A stretch of DNA of 64,000 bases from the NCBI RefSeq assembly GCF_009914755.1, contig NC_060927.1; one strand, written 5' to 3'. Below, piece after piece: positions 51,159 through 64,000 of the stretch. The DNA is from the human T2T-CHM13v2.0 reference genome, Homo sapiens. Position 1 is the stretch's first letter; every line of letters begins with the position of its first letter. The notes beneath the pieces were generated by a model. That model worked only from the letters and a program-made list of their open reading frames with translations. It did not search any database and was not told the DNA's origin. Position numbers and translations under genes: made by a program.

Positions 51159-53976
51159 CACAAGATATACTTTGTTTATTCATCAGATTAGGTAAGATTA
51201 AAATTTAAAAGGTTGATAATATAAAATACATATTGACAAGTATGTGAGAAAATGGTTCTCTTATACATTGAAGGGGGTCAATGTTGGTACAGGAATTTAG
51301 GGGGAAACTTTGGCTACAATTTATCTATATACCTTCTGATTCAGCATTTTCTCAAAAGAAACATTTGTGTACTTGTACAAAGCATTCACAGCTGATATTT
51401 ACTGAGTGCTATCTGCCATGCTCGAAGTAATTTTTATTCAATAAGTCGTTATTAAGACAAAAGTACAAGTCACAGAATTATGTGTGTAAAACTTTTTATG
51501 TTTAAACAATACAGAAAACCATATATATTATCTATGGGCACACACATTTATATGGTGAATTCAAAAAGTAGTTTAGAAGAACATTTTCAATGCTAATGAG
51601 GTTATAGAGAAACTGATTCAAATATTGCTCAAATATTAATGGTAGGGCTAATTATTTAATACTAAGAAATAAAATAATTTTTAGTCATTTTGGAGGGAAA
51701 TCTAGAGCTTTGAACTGTTCATACCCTTTGAACTTGTGGGAAGTTATCTTAGGAATTTCATGCACAAAGATACTTTCATTGCAGTATAATCTTTCAAGTA
51801 AGTCAAAGGCTAGGAAGACCTCAAGGCCCCGCTCAGTGGCAGGGTTCAGGGAAGTGGGCAGGGCTGGTGCTGAGTGGACTCCCAGGGGACCGGCTCTTAG
51901 TGGCTGCCCTTTGGTCACTGCTGCCTCCCCACATTTATACGACAGAATATGCTGAAGTTCTTAAAAAGTCCAATGAATAAAACATATTGCACTGCTGATG
52001 ATTCAGAGTTAATTAAGCTTTTTTAAAAATGGAGGAGACAAAATTACATTCATGCTAGGATTGGGACTATACACCAAGCCAGTGCCTGTCCCTGAGCAGG
52101 GCTTCATAAACATATGTTGAGAATCAATTATGTGGAAATGCACATCCATATGGACAAAGATTTTATGGAAAACAGCAAAGTACAACCAGTGTGACTTGTA
52201 GTCGAGGCATTTATTACCTGCCCCTTGCTAGACCTTGTGTTAGAGGCATCCCCAGCATCTCATTCAACTCTGCAGTTCCTCAGCCACAGGACATGGTGCT
52301 AGCCCGTAAGACTCAGCTTAGCTGTGGGCAGCAGACATGTAAACACACAACTACAATCAGGGCAGCCGCAGCAGCATGCATAAGGCACCAAAGACGTAAA
52401 AGGCAGAAAGAGATACACATGGTGTTAGGTAGGAACTTACACCTGAGTGGAGCCTTTAACGAACTTCACTGGCAGCTGAACTAGAGGAGAAAGGACCTTC
52501 CCAGGAGAGGTGGCTGAAGATGCACGGCAGGGAGGTGTGAAGGGGTGGGGGCTGGGCAGGAAGCTGGTAAGACAGCGCGGCCAGGCCCACAGTTGGACGA
52601 GAGGAGCCAGTGAAGGAGAGGAGGCATAACTGACTGGGTTTTAGAAAGGCCACCCAGGTGGCCAGGAGGAGCTGGAGGATTCCTGGCCTGGGAGTGGCTA
52701 GAGCAGTGTGGAGGTCTGCCACTATCCAGGCAGGGGAGGAGGAGGAGAAGCGGAATTCATGCACAACTCGGAGGCAGAAGCCTCAAAGCGACTGCATGCT
52801 GAGAAGCAGCTGGGGTGACTTGGTTTCTGGTGTGGTTACTGGGAAGGACCATCCACAAGGCACAGCTGACAGGACAGGGTGATGTCCAGGTGCCAGCCAG
52901 ATGCCACATTCTGACATGGTGACAACTTCACAACAACCCTGCACAGGTAAGGTGAAGTGACTTGCCTGAGGCCCCTCAGTGGGCTGATTCCCAAAGTGAG
53001 CTTTCAACCATCACACTAGACTGAGTTGGGGACTTTAGCAGAGGTGAGTATGGGGAGAGAAGACAATGAGGCCAGACTTGGCTGTTTTGGGGGTGCCTCT
53101 GGGACAGGCAGATGGAGATGCCCCGTACAGTTAGATGTACTGGTTCTGGAACCCAGGTGCGGGATAAAGTAGGTATCATTCTAATGTGATGGACGGGGGA
53201 GTCAGCCCTGTTCAAGGCTATCCAGTGGATAAACAATGGGCTGATCTGATCTCAGGGTCCATATTCTCAGTGCTGTCACAGACCACCCCAACTCAGAGAG
53301 GCCCAGAAGGGTCTAGGATAAAGCTACCTCCTGTCTATGTCCAGGCCCAGCCTCTCCTCTTGCCTCTGAGCCAATCTTTTCCTCATCTCCCCCTGCCTTG
53401 GGCCTCCTAACTTACTGACACTCTGTGGCAAGGTCCCAGGATAAGAGCTCAGTGGAACTGGGACCTGGGAGAAGGAGAAGGATGTGTGAGTGAGAGGAGC
53501 ATGAAGCAGCTAAGGGGTTAAGATGTCTCTTGCAGGCTGAGAAGGAGCAGGCAGAGAGGCAGGAGCAGAGCCAAGGGAGGATTTCCAGGCAGGAAGGATC
53601 TACAGATGCCCAGAAAAAGTAAGATCACATGTAAGAGGCAATTACAGGTTGCCTCAGTTAGGGGAACACCTGTGGCCTGAGAAGCACAATTAGAGGCAAG
53701 AGAAGGAGCAAGTACAGGTGAGTCTTTCAAGAAGTGGGGCTTGGAAAGGAGGGAGTGGGGAAGCTGGAGGGACAACCCTGGGTCTGCTTCAGGTGGGCCG
53801 AGCCTCCAGAAGCTGCGTGAATGTGGTCTATTGGATGTGGGAGGGACAGGTAGCTACCTGTTCTCAAAGTTCAGGCCAGAGTGCAGGGACAAGAGCTCGC
53901 TTAGCCTTCACCCTTCCCACCTGGGGAAGCCTGGCTGCAGATTCAGAAGGGAGGGTCGGACAAGGTGAAGACTCAC

Positions 53977-54048
53977 CTGGATGAGGGCCAGGTTGCTGCT
54001 GATGACTCTGTGCTGCTCCTGGGGGTCATCAATTTGTCCAGTGTTGGC
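53977..54048 (-). CDS. SLC41A3: SLC41A3 coding exon (ANTGQIDDPQEQHRVISSNLALIQ), most 5' exon in the window
   Basis: 72 nt, phase 0/0; cttttctcttcattctag acceptor, gtgagt donor; joins VQATVVG of the next exon. Confidence 0.95.
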
Positions 54049-54304
54049 CTAGAATGAAGAGAAAAGGACAAAGGTAGGACTGGCTAGGCCCAAAGCCAGG
54101 TCAACCCTTCCTGGGAAAGGCAGTCTCTCAGGGAAGAAATCAACAAATACCATTTCATCAGCGTCAGAAAAAAATTCCTCTGCTCAGCTCTCCAAACAGC
54201 GACCTGGCCTTCTTATACGGGGAGTGGGGAGAAACGTTAGGGCACAGACCCCTTTGAGAACTGGATGGGGGTCATGGATCAGTCCTCCATGACCATGCAA
54301 GCAT

Positions 54305-54400
54305 ATGACTGCACACACCTGCACACACACAGCGGTACACACACAGGCACACACAGCCACACAATGCATAGAGGCACACATGCATGCACACACACAGGCA
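54305..54400. repeat. CA-rich low-complexity tract
   Basis: GCACACACCTGCACACACACAGCGGTACACACACAGGCACACAC.. Confidence 0.8.
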
Positions 54401-57355
54401 TTCATGTTACCAGCAATTTGAAGGCCATTTCTAGCTCTCAAACTCATGTGCAGACCTCAGTCAAGGCCTCCTACTGTGAAGCCCAGTCTTTGGCCAGGTC
54501 CCCCTGCCACCTACAACACCCTCCTCTACCCTGAAGCTAGCCTTATCTCCAATGACCACCAATCCGCTCAATGTCACCTTGGCAAAATCATCCCATTTAA
54601 GGAACACATATAAGTCTCTCTTCTCTTAGGATAAAAAACTGAGATCATAAATATGACTTTATCCTTTAAAAATGGTTTTTGGCTCCTAACAGCATAACAC
54701 TTACCAACAAAATTCAAGACATAAATCAGAAAAGTTTTCAAAGCAAATATATTTTCCTAGATTCCTTAAACTCAGTTCATTAAGTTCCTGAACTCCAAGG
54801 AGAAAAATATAAAAATGTGCCTACTGCTAACACACTTGATAATTCATTTTCTTTTCACAGAGAAGGGGAGCCTTTTTGTCTTCAGCACGACTGACATCTG
54901 GGATGCGGCACCTGACTGTGGTTAGGCCTCAGTCCACTCTTGAGTAGATATGACACCCACCGCAGGTGTCCCTGTTTGAACAGTAAGGGAAGGAGGCAGG
55001 GTAGAGACTCAGTGGAACCCAGGGCGTGCTGAGCACGAGTGGCCAATGACTCACCCCTCTTCTGCTCTGCAGCTGCACTGTGTGTTCACTGAGACCTAAG
55101 TGTGCCTGTCTGCTGCTTCAACTCATGTTTTCTATTAATCAACCAGCTCCAACCTGGGTGCTGATCTTATCAGATAAGGGACTTGTGCTGGCCCATATGA
55201 TTTCTGAGTATGAGTCAGAAAAGACACTCCTTTCTCAAAATATTTTTTATCATCTATAAAACAGTTAAAATAAAAGTACACATCTATAGCCTGTACAGCC
55301 CACGTGGCAGCCTGGCCCTTGCTGTGCATGTGAGCCTGAGTCCATCACTGGCATCCAGGAGCACATCACTGAGCGAAGGCTGCACAAAGCAGGAAGTGAG
55401 ACCAAGAGGTAAAGCGGTGAGGGCAGGAGGCTGAGGAGCTCAGACATCCACAGAGGTGGGAGAGAGAGACATGAGAGGGGAAGAAGTATGGCAAGAGGTA
55501 GGGTGTAAAGGGATTAAGATTTCAGAGTGTCCAGAGTATTTCTGGGCCAGGGTGGCTGGAGTGGACTGAAGGTGGCACTCACCAGAGCTGAGCTGTCCAA
55601 AAACTCGGAGGCTTGGGTTGTGGATGAGTCATCCCTGTGGATGCTGAAACCTTCCAGGATGGTGGTGGGATTTAGTATAGAGAAGACCACTGAACACTAC
55701 GTTTCCCAGGGCTGACCAAGCTGGTGATGAGGAGGGAAGGAGGCGAGATGGGACAGACAGGAAGCAGCATGCCAGCCAGGCCAACAGGAGCCACAGGAGC
55801 TGCGGGTTTGGGTGGAGGAACACAGACCGCTACCTAAGAGAAACAATCCTGACGCTTGTCAAAAACAGCAGAGGACCTCCTCCAAGACTATTGCCATGAG
55901 GGAGAAAGAGCGAAATCAACGCTGAACACTACAGGGATAACTGAGGGTGAAAAGCCAATGCGCAGGGCAAGGGAGCCGATGGAAATTACTAAGTGAATTC
56001 AGTTGGGTATCAAGGATGGAGGGAGCACTATGGTCAGATACCAAGAGTGGAGAAGAAGAGCCTGGCTGGATATCAGGGTAGGGGATTTCCAGTAAACCGG
56101 CTTAGCAGGGCTCTTCTCTAGAACAGAGCCAGAAGGCAAGTGGAGAAGACAGCTCAGAGGAGCCTGACTTGGGTTTGGTCAAGGAAGGAGTGTTTGTCGC
56201 CACCCACGAGGGGGCTCTCGGGGGAGCAGGTCTCCATCAGGTAGGGATATTTTTCTGCCCTGGAATGGAGGTCCTAGAGATATCAGGGGAAATAGCTGCA
56301 GGCATGGGGCCAGTCTGAATAGGAATGAAGAGTTCAAAGAGAAAACCAGTGGGAGGCAGGAGCATCTACAGAGAGCAACCCAGATTTTCCTCAACAGAAG
56401 GGTTTCACAGAGGCCCTTCCTCGATGTGCATTTAAGATTTCATTGAATTTTTTAAAAAACTTCTTTGAATCTGACAATTCCAGGCTTCTACGAAAAATCT
56501 CACAGGATCCTGTCTCCGTTCTAGATTTTCTAAGCCTTTCCTTATTGTCTACGTAAAACAGCCTGCTTTCACTGACTCGGGGCGCCAGCGCCAAGTATTC
56601 TCCATGCACGCCTCGGGCCTGCTCTCCCTTGCACCAGCTCTGGGCCTGTGAGGCTGCCCTGTAAGGATGGCATCAACAAGCTCAACACACCCCCCTTGCC
56701 CTTTCACTTCTGGTTGGTTCTGGCCAATGGGGAGCCATTGGGAGGATACTGGAGGCCCAACAGTGAGTTTGGGGTGTATGACCCCTGCACCCTTCCTATG
56801 GGGCAGGGGCTGTAATCTTCCACCCAAACCCACAGCTCTGGTGGGTCAGCCTTCACCTACAGCTACACGCACAGCCCCAACCCCACCCGCCAGGATCTGG
56901 AAACTGCCTTTCTTCCCTCTGCCCCTTGAGAACTGGAGTGATACTCACTCCCTGTGGGTGTGAGTCCTGGGGTGCTTCGCTGCCTCTTCTTGGTTTCCTG
57001 AATGAACCCTTCCTGAAACTCCGCTCACTGCACCTGTATATCACCTCTCTCCTGCCAGGATCCTGACCTATCCAATGACTCATCCCTTCAGAAGGATATT
57101 TAGCTCACTCACATAATTTGTCATTACTTTCTGTATTTTTTTCTAATAACAAAATACACTTACTGGATTAAGATGGAAGATGGAACATCTGTTTTGCTAT
57201 CCTTCTCCTTTCCAGATTGGGGTAAGACAATCCTTTAACATTTTATTTGGGAATAATTTTAGACTTCAGAAAAGTTTCAAAGTCAACAGAGAGAGCTCCT
57301 ACATACCCTGCACCCAACCTCTCCTGATAATACTTATATAACCTGAGACAGTCAC

Positions 57356-59579
57356 GCATATGGTTTGGATGTGTGTCTCCTCCAAATCTCATGTGGAAAT
57401 GTGATCCCCAGTATCGGAGGTAGGATCTGATGGAAGGTGTCTGGGTCATGGGGGCAGATCCCTCATGAATGGCTTGGTGCCCTTCTCATAGTAATGAGTG
57501 AATTCTCACTCTGAGTTCACATGACAGCTAATTGTTTAAGAGTCTAGCACCTCCTTTCCTTCTCCTGCTCCCTCTCTTGCCATGTGATGCCTGCTCCCCT
57601 TCGCCTCCACCATGAATGGAAGCTTCCTGAGGCCTCCCCAGAAGCAGATGCCACCACTATGATTCTTGTACAGCCTGTAGAATTTGGAGGGCTCAGAAGA
57701 AGACAGGAAGATAAGGGAAAGTTTGGAACTTCGTACAGACTTGTTAAATGGTTTTGGCCAAAATGCTGATAGAGATATGGACAGAGAAGGCCAGGCTGAT
57801 GAGGTCTCAGGTGGAAATGAGAAAGTTATTGGGAACTAGAGAAAAGGTCACCCTTGTTACACCTTAGCATGGAACTTGGCTGCACTGTGCCCAGGCTCTA
57901 GGGATTTGTGGAAGGTTGAACTTAGGAGTGCTGTCTTAGGGTATCAGGCAGGAGAAATTTCTAAGGAGCAAATTTCTCAAGATGTGGTGTGGCTGCTTCT
58001 AACAACCTAAAAACAGATGTGGGGGCAAATGAATGACTAAAAGTTGAAACTTATATTTAAAAGAAAAGCAGAGCATACATTTTTGAAAAATTTGCAGCCT
58101 GGTCCTGTGGTAGAAAAGGAATCAAAGGGGCCTAAAGAGCAACCACTTTCTAGAGAGAAAAGGGAACCAGTGCTGATAGTCAACACAATGGGAAAAAAGC
58201 CTTGAAGGCATTTCAGATTTTTGAGGCAGCCCCTCCCATCACAGGTCCAGTGGCTTAGGAGGAAAGAATGGTTTTGGGGCCAGGGCACTGCTTCCCTACA
58301 TAGCCCTGGGACACTGCTCCCAACATCCCTGGCTGTTCCAGCTTCAGCCATGGCTCAAAGAACATCAAGTACAGCTTTGGCTGCTGCTTCAGAGGATGCA
58401 AGCCTTACACCTTGGTGGCTCCCAGTGGTGTAAAGTCTGTCAGCGCATGGAATGCAAGAGTGAAGGAGGTTTGGCTGCTTCCACCTAGATTTCAAAGGAT
58501 GTATGTGAAAGCCTGGGTGCCCAGATAGAAGCCTGCCACTGGGGCAGAGCCCCCACGGAGAAACCCTACTAGGGCAGTATCAAGGGGAAATGGGGGTTAG
58601 AGGCCACACAAAGCCCCCACTTGGCCAATGCCTAGTGGAGCTTGGGAAGGAGACCACCACCCTCCATACCCTAGAATAGTAGAGCCACCAGCCAGCTTGT
58701 ACCATGTGCCTGGAAAAGCTGCAGGCACTCAATTCCCACTATGACAGCAGCCACAGAGGCTGCACCCTGGAAAGCCACAGGGGTAGAGAAGTCCAGAGGC
58801 CTTGGGAGCCCACCTCTCACACCAGTGTGCCCTGAACGCAGGACATGGAGTCAAGGGAGATTATTACGGAGCTTTAAAATGTAATGCCTGTCTGCTGGGC
58901 TTCAGACTTGCATGGGGCCTGTTGTTCCTTTCTTTCAACTGATTTCTGCCTTTTGGAATAAGAATGTTTACCTAATGCCTGTACTACCATTGCATCTTGG
59001 GAGTAAATCACTCATAAGTGGAAGAAATGTGCACTCGGTTTCAGATGAGACATTGGACTTTTGATTGAGTTGGTGCTGGAATGAGTTAAGACTTTTGGGG
59101 ACTACTGGAAAGGGATGATTGTATTTTGTAATGGGAGAAGAATAAGATATTTGGTAGGCCAGGGAAAGAATGATCTGGTTTGGATATTTATCCCTTCCAA
59201 ATCTCATGTTGAAATGTGATCCCCAGTGTTGGAGGTGGGGCCTGGTGGGAGGTGTTTGGGTCATGGGGGTGGATCCTTCATGATTGGCTGGGTGCCCTCC
59301 TCATGGTAATGAGTGAGTTCTTGCTCTGAGTTCACATGGGAGCTGATTAAGAGTTTAGCACCTCCTCCCTCCCTCTCGCTCCGTCTCTCACCATGTGACA
59401 CACTGGCTCCCCTTCAGCTTCCACAATAATTGGAAGCTTCCTAAAGCCCTCACCAGAAGCAGATGCTGGCACCATGCTTCCTGTTCAGCCTGCAGCACTA
59501 TATGCCAAATAAACCTCTTTTCTTTATAAATTACCCAGTCTCAAGTATTCCTTTAGAGCAACACAAATGGGCTAACACA
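57356..59579 (+). mobile_element. MaLR (MST-type) provirus with a deletion across the 5' LTR/internal junction, inserted in an antisense old L1
   Basis: LTR-like ATATGGTTTGGATG.. from 57358; jumps at about 57682 from CAGCCTGTAGAA to internal TTTGGAGGGCTCAGAAGAAGAC; 3' LTR about 59170-59579; TSD GTCAC (57351-57355 and 59580-59584). Confidence 0.88.
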
Positions 59580-61249
59580 GTCACCAAACTAAAAATTGAA
59601 CACTGGTACAACACTAATAACTAAACTATAGAATGTATTCATATGTCCCCAGTTTTCTCACTAATGTCCTTTTTTATGTTCCAGGAAATAAATCAGGATT
59701 GCCCATTGCATTTAGCCACAGCTCCTGAATCTCATTGTAGAAGAATACAAATCAGCTATTTTATGGGATGTCTCTCAATTTGGGTTTCCCTGAGGCTTCC
59801 TCATGGTTAAACTGAGATTGTGCATTTTGAGGTAGAAGACCAGTGAGGTGAGGTGCCTCCACTGTGCACCCTGTCATGGGTGATAGCAGCGAGACTTGTC
59901 ACCAATACTGCTGACCCAGGTCACTGCTGAGGTGGCGTCTGCCAGGTTTCTCCACTGCAAACACTATTTTTTTGCTTCCTATACTCTCAGTTAGAAATGA
60001 GTCGTTAGGTCTTGCCCACACTCAAGGGGAAGGAATTAAGCTTTAGCTCCTCTAAGGCAGTATATCCAAGATTTGAGGACATACGTTAAAACAACCAGAC
60101 AATCCACACATATTTAAAAGAGATACTTTGAGGCTATGCAAAGATCCTACTTCTCTTTAAAGTCCCACACTCTAATAATGTATTAAGGGATCTTATCTGT
60201 GGATATGTGTACATACACAGGTTGGCATATATACATACATACGTTTCCTAGTTCAGTGCACTGAGAGGAACTAGAAGTGTGGCATCCCAGGAGCAACAAG
60301 TACACCCACTGCCCAGATCTTGTTTGCTAAATTCAGTTCTTCAATAAAAGGAGCCAGCTTCCTTAGGAAAATGGCTCATTGTAGGGCCAGGGCAAGGAAA
60401 ATATAAGGTGTGTACCTGGAGTATCTGACAGTGCCAAAAAGTAAGGGAGTGCCCAAGAGTGGGTGGGGCATGTCAGGAAGCAGGAGCCATCTGAGCTAGA
60501 ACCATTTCAGCAACAGAATAAATATGGGTGCTGGCTTTTAACCTCAAGAATATAGTAACTATCTATGCATCTATACATGTCATAAATATCTATCTACATA
60601 CATATTACAATGAACTTGAGTTCATGCTTATTTCCAACTCTAATCCAGCATCACAGGATTCATTCTAGCATTGAGGAGATCGTTTTTAAAATGCACAAGA
60701 GTGCTGGAAAACAAGAAGAGGTATCTATGCTGTAACAGAAATGAAAAGGAATCCCTGAACAATGGAAAGTGACAAATTGGGTTGACGAGAGAATTCATAA
60801 CTGAAAACGACAGAGGAAAGGCCTATTGCAAAAGGCAGAGGTAGTCCTGGGGATAATGCGAGCAGAAGGGAGCCTGGAGCAGCTGAAAGGGCATTTGCTG
60901 CAGATACCTCTGCAGGAGCTTCAAGGAGGGTTGACCTTTCCCCTGCCTGCTTGGTTTGTGCCAAGAATGAGACGTGGCCACCTGGCCTGGCTCCAAGCAG
61001 ATGCAGCAAGAGTGTTGGGGTCAGAGAGGCAGGGCAGTGCCCCAAGTGACCATGACAAGAGGGACACAGAGCCCCCTTACCCATGAAAAGAGTTACTGGC
61101 ACAGTCTAGTCAACACATTCTGAGTGCCCTCCCTCCAATCTTTAGATTGGAGCCTCCTCTAAGGGCAGTATTCACAGATCTACGAGGTAAGTGTAAATCT
61201 AAAATAAAATGATGCACAAGCACCTCTTCACTAAAGGCAAGCCACAAGC

Positions 61250-62105
61250 CTCTGAGTTTGAAACTCAACAAAGTCAACCAATGGAAGTACAAAATCTAGG
61301 GAAACAGAATCAAAGTATGAAACTGAATAAGTATCTAGGATAAGTTAATTAAATGAGATGTCAGAGAATGGTCCTTCATAAATAAAAAGATAATTTTTAA
61401 GATTCCAGAAAGTACATACTTAATCTCTAAATTTAAAATAAAAAACAAAAACAAAATCTTTTCATTAGATGACTTCAATAGCACAGTGGTTGAAGAGACA
61501 GAGTGATGAAGAGTGAATCAGTGAAAAATTAAATGGAGCAGAAGAATTCTAGCAGAAATGTAGGGAGTATGAAAAGAGAGTTAAGAAACTCAAAAGGTAG
61601 ACTCAGAAACTACAATATGTACCCAAATAGGAGTTATGGAGGGGGGGTGGGGGAATGAATATAAAAATACAAAAAATAATAAAGTTTTCTATAGAGCTGA
61701 AGACAGATGTCTTTAGATTGAAAAACTCCAAGATACATGCAAGATAATGCGAAAAACTCTATGCCAGAGACATCATGGTGAAATTCCATAACACAGATGA
61801 TAAAAGAAAAAAATCTCCAAAAAGTCCAGATAGAAAGATAAACAAATTACCTAAAAGAAATGAGACTCAAAAGGGCACAGGCTTCCATCAGCAACACTGG
61901 GCACAAGAAGATACTGAAAGTATAACTTCAGTACTGCAGGAACATAACTATGAACATTGCATTCCCTAGCCAGCCAGGCTGGCATTCAATGGTAAGGAAA
62001 AAGTAAAGCATTTTCCTACTCCAAATGTCCAAAGTTTACTTCCAACAAATCTTATCTAAAACAATTACTAGAGGATGTACTCAATCAAAACAAAAATAAA
62101 TTTAA
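61250..62105 (+). mobile_element. Very old L1 ORF1 relic
   Basis: CCAGAGACATCATGGTGAAATTCCATAACAC..CAGGCTTCCATCAGCAACACTGG..CATTCCCTAGCCAGCCAGGCTGGCATTCAA. Confidence 0.55.
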
Positions 62106-62117
62106 AAGGAAGCTGAC

Positions 62118-64000
62118 AAAGAGTGGCACCAGCAAGATGGTGAATAGGCACCTCCAGGCCCTTGTTTCCGCACAGACACATCAAATAAGCAACACAGAGT
62201 GACCAAAATAGCTTTGAGGCAGCTCAGAAACCAGTTAAGATCTGCAGCAACCAAGAGAAAATCCAACCAAGAAAAAGCCACCCTCAAACCAGTAGGGAAT
62301 TCCATGGTGTTTCTGCTTGCCCTTGCACCACCCCCTCCTCCACACAGCATGGTGCAGTTGGGAGGAACCACCTAATCCTAGAAAGAAAGAAGGAAAGAAA
62401 GGAATAGAACCTGCTGGCTATCCTCTGGCTTGCCTGAGGGCTGCCCAAGTAACTGGTTTCTGTCTGTCTCTCAAAAGCAAATGGAAATGGTGACACAGTT
62501 TGGACATTAGGATGAAGGCCACAGAGGTGCCCAACATATTAGAGTTCTCATGGAGGAAATGTAGGCCCATGCGTGCCTGGGGGAAAGAGATTATGGACAG
62601 AGGAACACAATAGAATGTCAAGGCCCTGAGAAGAAGCAGAGTTGACATTCTGAGGGATATTAAGACATTTAAAAGCAGCCATGTATATGGGGGAATTGGA
62701 GAGAAAAAGCACATCCACAGGCCCTGGGAGATGCATGCCAGAAAACCCCCGAAAAGACCTTAAGCCTTCATGCCAGACTAATTGGTGAAGATTTTTCCCT
62801 ACACAGAGCCAGTCTGCAAAGATTTGGAGAGATGGCTGTTTTGCAAATACCTAATTTTTAATAAAAGATGAAAAAGGATACCAAAAAAAGTGAAACACAG
62901 TCTAGTCACAGGAACAAAAAAATTGACAGACACTGACCCTAAAGAAAGTCTTTGAGCTTGCAAAGACTTTAAAGCAACTGTCTTAAATATGTTCAGTGAG
63001 CTAAAGGACATATAACTTTAGGAAATTTAAAAAACAGATATGAACAAGATGAAAATATCAACAAAGAAACAGAAATCATAAAAAAAGAACCAAACAGAAA
63101 TACTGGAACTGAAAAACACAATAATTGAATTGAAAAATTCTTTACAGAGGTTCAACAGCAAACTCTAAAAGTCTGAAGAATGAGCAAATTTGAAAACAGG
63201 TCATTTGAATTTATCAAGTCTGAAAGAACAAAAATAAATAAGATTTAAGAAAAGTGAATAAAACTTAATGGAATCACAGAACACTCAATTGTAATACATA
63301 CAATTTGGAATTCCAGAAAGGAAAGAGATAAGTGGGCAGAGAGCTTATTTGAAGAAATGATGGCCAAAAACTTCCCAAATTTGAAAAAAAAAAAAGATAT
63401 GAATATAGAAATGTAAGGTATATGAATTCCAAGTAGGATAAACTCAAAAAGATCAATACTGAGACACATTATAAACAAACTATTTGAAAGTCAAAAACAA
63501 AAAGAGAATCTTCAAAGCCAACAGAGGAAAGAGACTCATAACATACAAAAGATCCTCAATAAAATCATCAGTGGATTTCTCAGCATAAACTTGCAGTCCA
63601 GAGGTAATATTAATATATTTACAGTGCTGGATAAAAACACCTGTCAACTGAGAATTCTGTATCTGGCAAAACTATTTTACACAAATGAGGGAAAAATTAA
63701 GAAATTCCTAAATAAAAGCTAAGGGAGTTCATTATTACTAGATCTGCCCTACAAGAAATGGTAAAGAGAGTCATTCAAGTTGAAATGAAAGAATGCCAGA
63801 CAGGAACTTGAAGCCAAATGAAAATATAATATTCTCCAATAAAGGTAAATGCACAAAAAAGTATTAAAAATTGTATTATTTTAAAATTGGTTTGTAAAAA
63901 ATTTTATAAGCATTTAAAACACAAAAGCATAAAAATATATATTTAATAGGTACACAATATAAAAAGATATACTTTATGAGATCAATAACCAAGTTCAGAG
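62118..64000 (+). mobile_element. Old L1M 5' UTR and ORF1 relic, running off the window edge
   Basis: CAGCAAGATGGTGAATAGG start; ORF1-like AAAAAGAACCAAACAGAAATACTGGAACTGAAAAAC..GAAGAAATGATGGCCAAAAACTTCCCAAATTTG..GAGAATTCTGTATCTGGCAAAACTA. Confidence 0.8.

Overview
Primate, almost certainly human, genomic DNA; the gene order matches chr3q21.2. The + strand carries the last two coding exons and poly(A) signal of ROPN1B (2.6-3.8 kb). The - strand carries the 3' half of the MgtE-like Mg2+ transporter SLC41A3: eight in-phase coding exons between 54.0 and 27.4 kb, plus an alternative terminal coding segment at 26.8-27.0 kb; its 5' exons lie beyond the right edge. Between the genes are a CpG-island promoter with a frameshifted copy of CCDC14 exon 1 (probable relic of the ROPN1/CCDC14 duplication), a decayed near-full-length L1PA with an internal junction and mismatched flanks, a degenerate hexamer array and a MER52 ERV remnant. 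The SLC41A3 introns contain Alus, old L1s and three MaLR (MST-type) proviruses. Most ORFs in the supplied track are spurious. Gene identities rest on my translation of spliced exons and recall of the proteins, and repeat subfamily names are by eye; no database search was run. I found no convincing wholly new biological system. The best leads are the orphan CCDC14-derived promoter and several replication or repair scars.
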